Shown: positions 10,525 to 20,286 of the stretch, one piece after another
Layout: every line of letters begins with the position of its first letter
How positions within the stretch are numbered: the stretch's first letter is position 1
DNA from: an uncultured Clostridia bacterium
Lineage (GTDB): Bacteria > Bacillota > Clostridia > TANB77 > CAG-508
Assembly: GCA_947649935.1 (NCBI GenBank)
Contig: CANSTR010000002.1
Location: 2,075 to 66,074 of the forward strand
Direction of reading: 5' to 3'
DNA: 64,000 nucleotides
Notes under the pieces: generated by a model
What the model saw: only the letters and a program-made list of their open reading frames with translations
Database searches by the model: none
What the model was told of the DNA's origin: nothing
Made by a program: the position numbers and the translations under genes

Positions 10525-10662
10525 ATGAAATTTACAAAAGGTTTGATGTTAGGAACTTTGCTTACGGCAGGAGCAATGATGGTTTATTCAGAAGGAATTG
10601 ACAATAGCAAGAAAAAAATGGTGAAAAAAAGTAGACAATTTATGAAGAAGTTAGGTATGTAA
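10525..10662 (+). CDS. Small 45-aa protein with N-terminal hydrophobic helix (YtxH-like start)
   Basis: GGAGG RBS; MKFTKGLMLGTLLTAGAMMVYSEG... Confidence 0.55.
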   Translation: MKFTKGLMLGTLLTAGAMMVYSEGIDNSKKKMVKKSRQFMKKLGM

Positions 10663-10671
10663 GTAGTAAAT

Positions 10672-10695
10672 AAAAATCCCCAGCTGGGGATTTTT
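10672..10695. terminator. Bidirectional terminator
   Basis: AAAAATCCCCAGCTGGGGATTTTT palindrome between convergent genes. Confidence 0.8.
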
Positions 10696-10696
10696 T

Positions 10697-11503
10697 CTAT
10701 TCTTTTTCTGTTCCGAAAATCAGTTGAGGTATTTTTACTAAAGCTTTGTAAAAAGCAAGTTTAATTCTCTTTTTGAAAGTGTAAAATTTACTTAATTTGC
10801 GAGGACTTACAATAAATTTATCTTCTAAAACTGCTAAAGCAGTTTCTTCTATTTTTTCTTCTGTTTTTGTTTCGATGATTTCTGGTTCTATTTCAATTTG
10901 TTGAAGATCAGATTTGTTTTCTTCTAATTTTAGTTGTGTATTATTTTCAAATTCTTCAATATATTTTTCACCGATAACTTCACAACAAAGAATTTCTTCT
11001 AAAGTAGAATTTTCTGCCGAATTTTTCGTAGAAGATGTATTATCGATTTGTGATAAAATTTCGCTGATTTCAATTCCTAAATCGATTGGTTCACTTTTTA
11101 TTCCAAATTCGAAATTTTCTTCCATTTCTGGAGCACATTGCGAGGCAAGTGGTTGCAAAATTTCTTCAATTAATGCATCAATATCAAATTTTTGCATGAC
11201 TGGTTCTGGAGCTGTGCAAGGCAAAATGGAAGAAATGTAATTGCAATTACTGTTATTATCCCAAACATTGTTAGAATTTTTGAAACAGAAATTGAAAGTA
11301 TCAAAATCAAGCATTTTAATTTTTGCAACAAAACCATTTTCGGTTTTTGTTGTGTTAGTTTCTGTTGTATTTTCCCAATTTTCACCAAAACCATAAACAA
11401 TACTTACATTTTCGGAATCATTCAAAAAACCATGATAAATAATTGTCAAATCGTGGTTAACAGTTGGACTGTGATCAAATAAAATATCTTTTGTAAAGTC
11501 CAT
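10697..11503 (-). CDS. Protein with N-terminal starch-binding-like domain (CBM25/CBM53 type)
   Basis: TIIYHG..VYGF...W...FNFCFKN...WDNN...NY pattern, then acidic linker. Confidence 0.6.
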   Translation of the reverse strand: MDFTKDILFDHSPTVNHDLTIIYHGFLNDSENVSIVYGFGENWENTTETNTTKTENGFVAKIKMLDFDTFNFCFKNSNNVWDNNSNCNYISSILPCTAPEPVMQKFDIDALIEEILQPLASQCAPEMEENFEFGIKSEPIDLGIEISEILSQIDNTSSTKNSAENSTLEEILCCEVIGEKYIEEFENNTQLKLEENKSDLQQIEIEPEIIETKTEEKIEETALAVLEDKFIVSPRKLSKFYTFKKRIKLAFYKALVKIPQLIFGTEKE

Positions 11504-11674
11504 TGCTTTTGCTCCTTTTTTATTTCTACATACATTATACAGTTAATAAAATAAAATAGCAACAGAATTCTACAAAAAAATATAAAATTTTTATTACATT
11601 TTTGTAACAGATTTGTTACAAAATGTGTATAACTTTTTTTTGTTTGGAAAAAATAGGGAAAAGAGGAGGATAAT

Positions 11675-12340
11675 ATGAAAAAGAGAAATTTAATAATAGG
11701 AATTTTTTTATGTAGTATCATTGTTTTGATTTTGGTAAAATTGCCAGTGGTTTATGCGATTTCGCAATATGGCTCGAGCGGAGATGAAGTGAAACAAATT
11801 CAAACCAAGTTAAAAGATTGGGGATATTATAGTGGAAATGTGGATGGAGTTTATGGTTCAGGAACCTATGAAGCAGTGAAAAAATTTCAGTCAAGCAATG
11901 GATTGACTGCAGATGGAATTGCAGGAAGTCAAACTTTGCAGGCACTTGGAATTAACTCAAGTTCATCTTCTGGCGGAAGCTCCAGTAATAATAGTGACTT
12001 AAATTTGTTGAGCCATTTGGTTTATGGAGAAGCAAGGGGAGAGCCGTATGAAGGAATGGTTGCGGTTGCAGCGAGTGTGATGAATCGTGTGGCAGATTCG
12101 AGATTTCCAAATTCGATTTCTGGTGTGATTTATCAATCAGGTGCGTATACGTGTGTTTCAGATGGTCAAATTAATTTAGGATATGATGATAATGCAAAAA
12201 AAGCGGCACAAGATGCAATTAATGGTTGGGACCCAACGTCAGGTTGTGTTTATTATTTTAATCCTGATACAGCAACATCGGCATGGATTTGGAGTAGACC
12301 GCAAGTTTTGACGATTGGGAAACATATCTTTTGTAAGTAA
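11675..12340 (+). CDS. sleB: Spore cortex-lytic enzyme SleB
   Basis: PG-binding domain (VDGVYG, ADGIAG) plus hydrolase_2 domain (GEARGEPYEGMVAVA, YYFNP, IGKHIF). Confidence 0.9.
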   Translation: MKKRNLIIGIFLCSIIVLILVKLPVVYAISQYGSSGDEVKQIQTKLKDWGYYSGNVDGVYGSGTYEAVKKFQSSNGLTADGIAGSQTLQALGINSSSSSGGSSSNNSDLNLLSHLVYGEARGEPYEGMVAVAASVMNRVADSRFPNSISGVIYQSGAYTCVSDGQINLGYDDNAKKAAQDAINGWDPTSGCVYYFNPDTATSAWIWSRPQVLTIGKHIFCK

Positions 12341-12343
12341 AGG

Positions 12344-13576
12344 CTAGTTGGCTTGTCTCAGTTCGTTATTGGTATAAATTTCTAATTGTTGAGAAAAGTA
12401 TTGCTCGTTTTTGGTGGTGTGTAAATTTAGATGGGAATGTTTGTTTAAAATTCGGCGAACTTCCCACAAGCCTAGCCCAGTATTGTGTTGTTTGGTAGAA
12501 TAATTCTTCTCAAAAATTTTATCCATAGAGATTTGTTTGTCATTGTAAGTATTTTCTATGATAAGCAGTTGCCTATAATTATCTTTTCGGAAAGCAATAT
12601 TAATATGTTTGTGTTTACATTCCTTGGATGCCTCGATTGCGTTGTCAAGCAAGATTCCTAAAATCCTTGTAAACTCATAAATTTTCATATTTAATTCATT
12701 GAAATCGAGCAAGATTTCTAGACTAACTTCGATATCATTTTCGCTTGCAATATAATATTTATTTGCTAAAATGTTATAAATAGCAGGATTATTAATCAAA
12801 TTTTCGTTCAGTTTTGATAAATTACTTTGAATTTTACATTCCCTTAAAATGTCTTGATAATAGATTTGTAATCCAGGTAAATCTTTATTGGTAATATAAC
12901 CACCAAGTGCTTGTATAATATTGTGAAAATCATGCTTAAAAGCACGTGTGCCATCGTATAAAGATAGAATGGTTTTGTTGCATAGCTTTAAATTATCAAT
13001 TTTGCAGTTTGAGTGGATAATTTTGCATAAGGCAATGCTAAGGATTGTTGAAAATACAAAGTAGGTATCTAACAGTAAAACATAGATTATGTTTTGGTAT
13101 ACTATTTCTGAAAAGTAGTAAGCACTAAATAGCAAAAGCAAATTGATGATAGATAAAGCAAACATAATATAAGATTTGTTGTTTTCTGATGTAGAAAATA
13201 AGTTTTTTATTTTTTCTTGTCTAAATAAAAAGTACGTTCCTAATGCAATTATGAAATATACCACTACAGATGCAATTTCTTTGACTGGTGAAGTAAATAG
13301 TGCTGAAGATAGTAGTACAATATTGAAAACAAGAATGGCATTTAAACCAAAATAATTCAATGTTTTTAGAGCAGATATTTTTTGCAAAAAAATAAAAATA
13401 ATCATAGAGCATATAAGCATGAAAAAATAACTATACCTGTCATCTAGATAAAGATTGCAAAGCACCAAAATGGCTAGATTTATCAAGATATATAGGCATA
13501 AATTAAGTGTCGAAAATTTAATTTTAAACATTTTTTGAAAAAGTATAAGAGATATTCCGATAAATAAGATACTCAT
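12344..13576 (-). CDS. AgrC/VirS-like GHKL sensor histidine kinase (orphan)
   Basis: Multiple TMs; RAFKHDFHN H-box, ILLDNAIEA, STKQHNTGLGL. Confidence 0.85.
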   Translation of the reverse strand: MSILFIGISLILFQKMFKIKFSTLNLCLYILINLAILVLCNLYLDDRYSYFFMLICSMIIFIFLQKISALKTLNYFGLNAILVFNIVLLSSALFTSPVKEIASVVVYFIIALGTYFLFRQEKIKNLFSTSENNKSYIMFALSIINLLLLFSAYYFSEIVYQNIIYVLLLDTYFVFSTILSIALCKIIHSNCKIDNLKLCNKTILSLYDGTRAFKHDFHNIIQALGGYITNKDLPGLQIYYQDILRECKIQSNLSKLNENLINNPAIYNILANKYYIASENDIEVSLEILLDFNELNMKIYEFTRILGILLDNAIEASKECKHKHINIAFRKDNYRQLLIIENTYNDKQISMDKIFEKNYSTKQHNTGLGLWEVRRILNKHSHLNLHTTKNEQYFSQQLEIYTNNELRQAN

Positions 13577-13799
13577 TTGATTTCTTCCTTTCTTTATTAC
13601 ATCATGTTACTTTTGTAGCGATAATTTATACTTTAAAACAAAAATTGAGATTTGTCAAGAGACTTTTGTAAAAAAATACAAATTTATGTCGAAATTTTAT
13701 CGAAAATGGTAATTTCAGTAGAAAAAACAGAAACAAATTTAATAATTTGTTCCTGAAAGATAGGGAAAAATGGGATATTTAATTTATGTTAAAATATAA

Positions 13800-14228
13800 T
13801 TATTGTGTGACACTAAACACAGCAATGGCATGAGCAATTTGTTCTGAACCACCTGTGAAAAATACACGGTATTTGCCTTTTGGAAATGATTCAAAGAATG
13901 TGCTAACACTTCCATCAGCTTTAAAAGGTATTGATATATTAAAGACACCATCTTCATTTAAATCAACGATATTACAATTTAGTATTGCATTTGCATCGGG
14001 ATCATTGCAAACTGCATAAAGTGAGATAGAATCTGTTTCCATATTAATTCTAATTGGTTCAGCTTCACTTATTCCAGAAAAGTTTTTATCTTCGTACATA
14101 GCGATGTTAACTACATTGTCCACTGGATCAAAGATACCAGCTGAAACTGGTAGTGCTTTCGTAGCTAAAACTACAAATGTAAATAAAATAAATAAAATTT
14201 TTAAGCTATTAAATATTTTTTTCTTCAT
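13800..14228 (-). CDS. Hypothetical secreted protein, divergent from blaI-like gene
   Basis: Signal peptide ending PVSA; RBS GGGAGG. Confidence 0.6.
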   Translation of the reverse strand: MKKKIFNSLKILFILFTFVVLATKALPVSAGIFDPVDNVVNIAMYEDKNFSGISEAEPIRINMETDSISLYAVCNDPDANAILNCNIVDLNEDGVFNISIPFKADGSVSTFFESFPKGKYRVFFTGGSEQIAHAIAVFSVTQ

Positions 14229-14529
14229 TATAAAATTTCCTCCCTTAATTTAAAAAAATTCCCATAACCCCTTCTTTTAGAATGAAAAGACAAAAGTATA
14301 TTAGTACTTTTTATCTTTTGATAAATTAAAAATGTAGTTAAAAATAAACTACGCGTATAAATATACTATTTTATTTTACGTTTGTCAACTGTTTTTCGGC
14401 AAAAAATGACAAAATTTGACATATTTTTTAAAAATGTAGCCGTATGTGTTGACTTTGTTTGAAATTTATAGTAAAATTAAGTAAGAAGTTGCTATTAGGA
14501 TTCAGTGGAAAAATAAGGAGGAATGTAGG

Positions 14530-14895
14530 ATGGTTAGAATATCAGATGCAGAATTGGAAGTTATGAAAGTGGTTTGGAGGAGAAAAGAAACAACTTCATT
14601 GGAAATTATTAAAGAATTAGAGGATTGTAATTGGAATGATAATACAATTCGTACTTTAATTAATAGGTTAATTGCTAAAAAGGCAGTAGGCATTTCAAAA
14701 AAAGAGGGAAAAACTTATACCTATGTGCCTTTGATTAAACAGGATGAATATAAATTAAAAAGAAGTAGAAATTTTGTGAAACAATTTTTTGATGGTTCTA
14801 TTAATAAGATGATTCTTAATTTTATTGATAATGATGAATTGTCTAAAGAAGATTTAGAAGAATTAATGAATGAAGTAGATAAAAAAAATAAATAG
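14530..14895 (+). CDS. BlaI/MecI/CopY-family repressor
   Basis: ISDAELEVMKVVW...WNDNTIRTLINRLIAKK...FFDGS. Confidence 0.9.
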   Translation: MVRISDAELEVMKVVWRRKETTSLEIIKELEDCNWNDNTIRTLINRLIAKKAVGISKKEGKTYTYVPLIKQDEYKLKRSRNFVKQFFDGSINKMILNFIDNDELSKEDLEELMNEVDKKNK

Positions 14896-14903
14896 AGGAA
14901 AAA

Positions 14904-16241
14904 ATGGAAATAATTCAAAATGTAATCATAAGTTTGTATCATCAATTGTTGTATAGGTCAATTGTGATAGCCATACTCGGATGTTTTATTTTACTTTTAA
15001 GAAAATTAATCAATAGAAAACTGCAACCCAGATGTAATTATATCATTTGGGTTATTTTTGTGGTTGTCTGTGTTTTTCCGATTCGTATTCCGAGTGAATT
15101 TAGTATTTATCGTTTTATTGATATGAGTATGTTTGAAGAATCAAGTTCACAGTATGCAAATGATATATTGAATTTGGCAGAACATGTAAAGGATTCAAAT
15201 ATTTATGATGATATGAAAAACCAGATTTCAGATAATCACCAAAAAAATAGAAAATATTTGACCTATGTTGTTGTTGATGTCTGCTTAATTGTGACGGTTG
15301 TGAAGTTTGGAATACTAGTAAGTTCGTACATCGTGTTAAATCGTAAAATAGGCGAAAATGTAATCGAAGATGAGCGAATTGTAGGTATTGTTGATGAATG
15401 CAAAAAGAGTTTAAAAATTAAAAGAAACATTAGAATTCTCAAACAAGAGGAAGCGAAAACTCCCTGCATTATTGGTATTTTTAATGTGAGAATTTTATTG
15501 ACAGATACGACAATTCTGTTAAGCAACAGTGAATTGAAAAGTGTTATTATGCATGAGTTGTCACATTATAGAAGAAAAGATATTTGGATGAATTGGTTGA
15601 TTACTTTGATTCAGGCACTGTACTGGTTTCATCCAATGATGCGAAGATTGGTGACTTATATGAAAATGGATATGGAAGCTGCAACAGATAGCTTAGCACT
15701 TGGCAAGATAAATGATGTGAAAGATAAAGAATATTGTGATGCCATAATTCATGTTGCTAAGCTGTGCAATGCTAAAAAAGAGTATGTGCTAGGTTTTGTT
15801 AGTGCGAAGGACAAACTATTGGATAGAATTGTAACGATTAAAAAGAAGGAAGATTTTGAAAAACATACGGTTTTAATGCTGATTGGCACGCTGATGATTT
15901 TGTTTATCATGTTATTTGTTTTGAGTCCAACATCTTATGGAAATAACGAAGAAAATAAATTATTTTTGGCATCCAAAGAAGGTCAGAAGATAGATGTTTT
16001 AGAAGAAGACAAGATTCAGTTGAACGAAGATTCTAGTTTGAAACTTATGGCAGAAGGCGGCAATTGCAAGAAGATTGTTTTTTATGATGAATATAATTTG
16101 AATACAGAAAAACATTATTTTGGAGCAATTCAGTTAGGTGATGAAATGGATTTTGAAATAGGAGAATATATTTATGGTTTTGTGTTAGAGTCTCAGGATG
16201 GAAGAACTATGCAGTATAGGACGAAGATTTTTGTGGAGTAA
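14904..16241 (+). CDS. BlaR1/M56-family membrane metalloprotease without a penicillin-binding domain
   Basis: TPCIIG, HELSHYRRKD, YWFHP, E.ATD; short unrelated C-terminal domain. Confidence 0.85.
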   Translation: MEIIQNVIISLYHQLLYRSIVIAILGCFILLLRKLINRKLQPRCNYIIWVIFVVVCVFPIRIPSEFSIYRFIDMSMFEESSSQYANDILNLAEHVKDSNIYDDMKNQISDNHQKNRKYLTYVVVDVCLIVTVVKFGILVSSYIVLNRKIGENVIEDERIVGIVDECKKSLKIKRNIRILKQEEAKTPCIIGIFNVRILLTDTTILLSNSELKSVIMHELSHYRRKDIWMNWLITLIQALYWFHPMMRRLVTYMKMDMEAATDSLALGKINDVKDKEYCDAIIHVAKLCNAKKEYVLGFVSAKDKLLDRIVTIKKKEDFEKHTVLMLIGTLMILFIMLFVLSPTSYGNNEENKLFLASKEGQKIDVLEEDKIQLNEDSSLKLMAEGGNCKKIVFYDEYNLNTEKHYFGAIQLGDEMDFEIGEYIYGFVLESQDGRTMQYRTKIFVE

Positions 16242-16249
16242 TAAAATAG

Positions 16250-16894
16250 ATGAAGAAATTTAGAAAGAAAATAGTAGTTTTAGCTTTAATTATTTTGATA
16301 GGATTTGTAGTTTCGAGAATATATTGTTTTGTAATTGTGAATAGGGTTTATCGTGCGATTAATGAATTTAGGAAGGCAGAGAATAAATATTATGCAGTTA
16401 AAGTAATTCAAAATGGAACAAATTTTGTTAGACATGAGATTTTTAGTGGAAATAACAAAATGAAATATTTGCAATTTGATGGGAATTTAAAAAATATATA
16501 TTTGGAATTTAGGGATTTTGATATAGATGAAAAATACTTTTGGATGGTAAATGAAGATGGAAAGAAAATTTCGAATCAAAGAGAACAATATATTGTTGAT
16601 GGAAAGTTTATAGTAGATATTCCTAGATTATTTTTAAAAATCTATCAAAAAAATAAATTTAATTTAAAAGAATTTTTGAAAGTATATTATGTGACTTTTG
16701 TAAAATATGAAAATGAAAAATATTATAAGATAGTAACGAAACATGAAACAATCATAATTAATAAAGAAACACTTTTGCCTGAATATTCTTGTAAGAATTG
16801 GGTGAGCACTGAAGAAGATAAAATGTGCGAAATGGAGTATTTTTATGAATTTGAAATAAATACAGTTACAGATGAAGAAATGAAAAAAACGTAA
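16250..16894 (+). CDS. Hypothetical membrane-anchored protein, tandem paralog A
   Basis: Aligns end to end with 16978-17622. Confidence 0.7.
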   Translation: MKKFRKKIVVLALIILIGFVVSRIYCFVIVNRVYRAINEFRKAENKYYAVKVIQNGTNFVRHEIFSGNNKMKYLQFDGNLKNIYLEFRDFDIDEKYFWMVNEDGKKISNQREQYIVDGKFIVDIPRLFLKIYQKNKFNLKEFLKVYYVTFVKYENEKYYKIVTKHETIIINKETLLPEYSCKNWVSTEEDKMCEMEYFYEFEINTVTDEEMKKT

Positions 16895-16977
16895 ATATTC
16901 CAGTTTTTATTACAAAATATAGATGCTTGTAAATGATAATTGTATGGAAATATCAAATTTTAATGGAGTAATAAAAA

Positions 16978-17622
16978 ATGAAAAAGTTTAGAAAGAAAAT
17001 ACTGGTTTTTGTTTTAATTATTTTGGTGGGAAATTTGATTTCAAAGACATATTGTTTTGTAATTGTAAATAGATTTTATCATGAAATCAATAACTTTAGA
17101 GAGACAGAGAATAGGTATTATACAGTTACCATATTTGAAGAGAAAGCAAATTTTGTTAAACATGAAATTTTTCGTAAAAATAGTGAAATAAAATATTTAC
17201 AATTTGATGGGAATTTAAAAAAGATATATTTGGAATTTACGAATTTTGATAAAAATGAGAAATGCTTTTGGATGGTAGATGAAGAAGAAAGGAAAATTTG
17301 GAATCAAAAGGAACAATATATTATGAATAGAAATTTTATGGTAGGTATTCCTAGATTAATGCTGAAAATTTATCAAAATAATAAATTTAACCTAAAAGAA
17401 TTCCTAAATATATATTATGTAATTCCTATAAAATATGAGAATAAGAAATGCTACAAAATAGTAACGAAATATGAAATGATCATAATTGATAAAGAAACGT
17501 TTTTACCTAAATATTCTTGTAAAAATTGGGTGAATTCCGAAGATGATAATGCATGCAAAATGGAATATTTTTATGAATTTGAAATAAATACGGTTACAGA
17601 GGAGGATATGCAAAAATTGTAA
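16978..17622 (+). CDS. Hypothetical membrane-anchored protein, tandem paralog B
   Basis: Shared MKKFRKKI.V...YLQFDGNLK.IYLEF...CKMEYFYEFEINTVT. Confidence 0.7.
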   Translation: MKKFRKKILVFVLIILVGNLISKTYCFVIVNRFYHEINNFRETENRYYTVTIFEEKANFVKHEIFRKNSEIKYLQFDGNLKKIYLEFTNFDKNEKCFWMVDEEERKIWNQKEQYIMNRNFMVGIPRLMLKIYQNNKFNLKEFLNIYYVIPIKYENKKCYKIVTKYEMIIIDKETFLPKYSCKNWVNSEDDNACKMEYFYEFEINTVTEEDMQKL

Positions 17623-17758
17623 ATATTACAGTTTTGTTACAAGAATATAACATTTGTGTAACATTGCCGAAAAATATTGAAAATTTTCATTTTATGTAGT
17701 AAAATGAAATAGAATGATATTTTTATATTAGATTTTATAAAATTAGGAGGATCTTATT

Positions 17759-18697
17759 ATGGCAATGAATCCAATGAAAAGAAGAGCACAAAATTCATTT
17801 TTAATCGGCTTTTTGCTTGCTTTAGTGATTATGGCAGTTGTTGTTATGTTGCTTTTATCGAAAATACAAGGGTTAAAACAGGATTATCAGCAATTATTAG
17901 ACTTACAAAAGCCTGTTTATGTAGCGAGTGAATATATACAATCTGGAACAGAAGTACAGATTGATTCTTTTAAATCAGAAAAAGTTCAAACAAGTTTATC
18001 TCAAGAAGATATGGTTCAAGCGTCTGATTTTGAGCAGGAAAATGAGGATGGTTCAATCACACAAAAGACGATTGTGGTGAGAACAGATATACCAGCTGGT
18101 ACGATTATCACTAAGGATTTGTTAGAGGAAGTAGAAAATCGAACAACAAATGACCAAAGAATGCAAGAATACAACATGATTATTCTTCCAACCTTATTGA
18201 AAAATGGTGATTACATAGATGTAAGATTACAGTTGCCAACAGGGGAAGAATACATTGTTGTTTCGAAAAAGAAAGTAGTATATACAGATGCCTCTACGGT
18301 TTGGATGAAAATGTATGAAGATGAGATATTAATGTTGGGAAATGCAATTGTAGAAGCGTATACAATTGAAGGTTCAAAATTGTATGCAGCGCCATATACG
18401 CAAGCAGGTATGCAAGATGCTGCAACGCCTACCTATGCACCAAGCAATAATGTCATGAATTTGGTGGATAAAAATCCAAATGTAAGAACAGAAGCTAGAA
18501 ATGCTTTATTTAAACGATATAATGACCAAGAACAAGCTACTGTAAGAACACAAATTGACGATGCAAAATCACCGTATGCCGCTAATCAAGATGCTTCTGT
18601 TGAAGAAGGTTTGCAAGAAGAATTGACAAAACGTCAAGCAGGAAGACAAGAATATGTAGAAGCATTGGAAGGCACAGGAACAATAGGTACAGAATAG
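17759..18697 (+). CDS. CpaB/RcpC-like SAF-domain pilus assembly protein
   Basis: N-terminal TM, DIPAGTIIT, L.NGDYIDVRL; first gene of the Tad-like operon. Confidence 0.65.
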   Translation: MAMNPMKRRAQNSFLIGFLLALVIMAVVVMLLLSKIQGLKQDYQQLLDLQKPVYVASEYIQSGTEVQIDSFKSEKVQTSLSQEDMVQASDFEQENEDGSITQKTIVVRTDIPAGTIITKDLLEEVENRTTNDQRMQEYNMIILPTLLKNGDYIDVRLQLPTGEEYIVVSKKKVVYTDASTVWMKMYEDEILMLGNAIVEAYTIEGSKLYAAPYTQAGMQDAATPTYAPSNNVMNLVDKNPNVRTEARNALFKRYNDQEQATVRTQIDDAKSPYAANQDASVEEGLQEELTKRQAGRQEYVEALEGTGTIGTE

Positions 18698-18703
18698 AAA
18701 TGG

Positions 18704-19405
18704 ATGGAGGAACGAATGAAAAAGATTGTATTTATAGGCTCTTATGATAAAACAGATATGTTGCTATATGTTGCTAAAATTTTAACAATGATGGGAAAAA
18801 AAGTAATATTAATAGATACAACGATTTTGAAGAAAAGTAGATATATTGTTCCGACAATGGTTCAACAAAAACAATACATTACAACCTATGAAGACATCGA
18901 TGTAGCAATTGGTTTTGAAAGTTTTGGAGCCATTCAAAAATACCAACATAGTTTGGGGAATGTAACACAATATGATGTTGCTTTATTGGATATTGACCGA
19001 GCAATAGCGTATCAAAAGTTTGAAGTAACAGCAGAAGACCAGCACTTTTTTGTGACTTCATTTGATGTTTACAATTTAAAAAGAGGCTTGCAAGTTTTGG
19101 CTTATGTTGCACAAAATGCAGTTGTAACAAAAGTGTATTATACCAAAAGCATGGCATCAGAAGAAGATGAGTATTTGAATTATTTAGCGAAAGATTATAG
19201 AATCAAATGGGATAAAGATAATGTTATTTTCTTTCCTTTTGAAACCGCTGACCAAAATGCAATATTTATCAATCAAAGAACAGGCAGAATTCAAATGAAA
19301 GGATTAAGTAAAGTATATATTGATTCGATTTTATATTTAGTAGAAAATATAACAGGAGAAAGTTCAAGTAAGATTCGAAATGCTTTTAAAGCAATAGAGA
19401 ACTAA
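18704..19405 (+). CDS. Degenerate MinD/CpaE-like protein
   Basis: IVFIGSYDKT...GKKVILIDTT; operon context. Confidence 0.55.
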   Translation: MEERMKKIVFIGSYDKTDMLLYVAKILTMMGKKVILIDTTILKKSRYIVPTMVQQKQYITTYEDIDVAIGFESFGAIQKYQHSLGNVTQYDVALLDIDRAIAYQKFEVTAEDQHFFVTSFDVYNLKRGLQVLAYVAQNAVVTKVYYTKSMASEEDEYLNYLAKDYRIKWDKDNVIFFPFETADQNAIFINQRTGRIQMKGLSKVYIDSILYLVENITGESSSKIRNAFKAIEN

Positions 19406-19420
19406 AGATGGAGGATATAG

Positions 19421-20266
19421 ATGGCTATTTTAAGTTTTTGGAGTGGAGATAAAAAAGAAACTGGACAGACGTTATCAATTGTAGCAATAGCTACCTATAT
19501 GTCTGTTGAACATGATTATAAAACATTGGTAGTGGATGCTACATTAGCAGATGATACCATTTTCAGATGCTTTTGGAAACCAGATGCCAATCGAGCGTTG
19601 AAACGAGAGTTGAATCGAGGAAAGATAGATATAGCAACAGGGACAGAAGGATTAATGAGTGCGATTGCAAGTAATAAAACATCGCCAGAAATTATTTCGA
19701 ATTATACAAAAGTTATTTTTAAAGGAAATCGATTAGACATTTTGCTTGGTTTAAAAACAACAGAGTTGAAAGAACATGAAAAACAATTGCAGTTGTATCC
19801 AGATATGTTAAGAGCAGCCAACCAATTTTATGATTTGGTGATTGTCGATTTGCCGAAAACAGCAAAAAGGCAGACAACTCTGGAGATTTTGAAAATGTCG
19901 GATGTGGTGATGTATACCATGTCGCAAAATCTAAAACAAATTAACCAATTTATCGAAGACAGGAACAAAATGAAAGAATTCAAAACAGTAATTCCTTTAA
20001 TTGGAAGTACCGATCCATTTTGTAAATACAATCCGAAAAATGTGGCGGCTTATGTAAAAGATAGAGAATTGGCACATATCATTTATAATAGTAGCTTTTT
20101 GGAGGCAGCTAGTGAGGGTTCAGTTGCAAAATTTTTCTTGAGTACAAGACTTAGCAAAAATGCTAGAGATAAAAATTCGCAGTTTTTAAAGTCGGTAGCG
20201 GAAGCTTCACAAAAAGTAATCAATCGATTTGAAAAGATAAAATATGGTAAGGTACTAAATTCATAA
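19421..20266 (+). CDS. ParA/MinD/CpaE (TadZ)-like protein
   Basis: SFWSG..KETGQT, LVVDA, YDLVIVDL. Confidence 0.6.
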   Translation: MAILSFWSGDKKETGQTLSIVAIATYMSVEHDYKTLVVDATLADDTIFRCFWKPDANRALKRELNRGKIDIATGTEGLMSAIASNKTSPEIISNYTKVIFKGNRLDILLGLKTTELKEHEKQLQLYPDMLRAANQFYDLVIVDLPKTAKRQTTLEILKMSDVVMYTMSQNLKQINQFIEDRNKMKEFKTVIPLIGSTDPFCKYNPKNVAAYVKDRELAHIIYNSSFLEAASEGSVAKFFLSTRLSKNARDKNSQFLKSVAEASQKVINRFEKIKYGKVLNS

Positions 20267-20286
20267 GAAAAGGAGGAAACTCTGAA

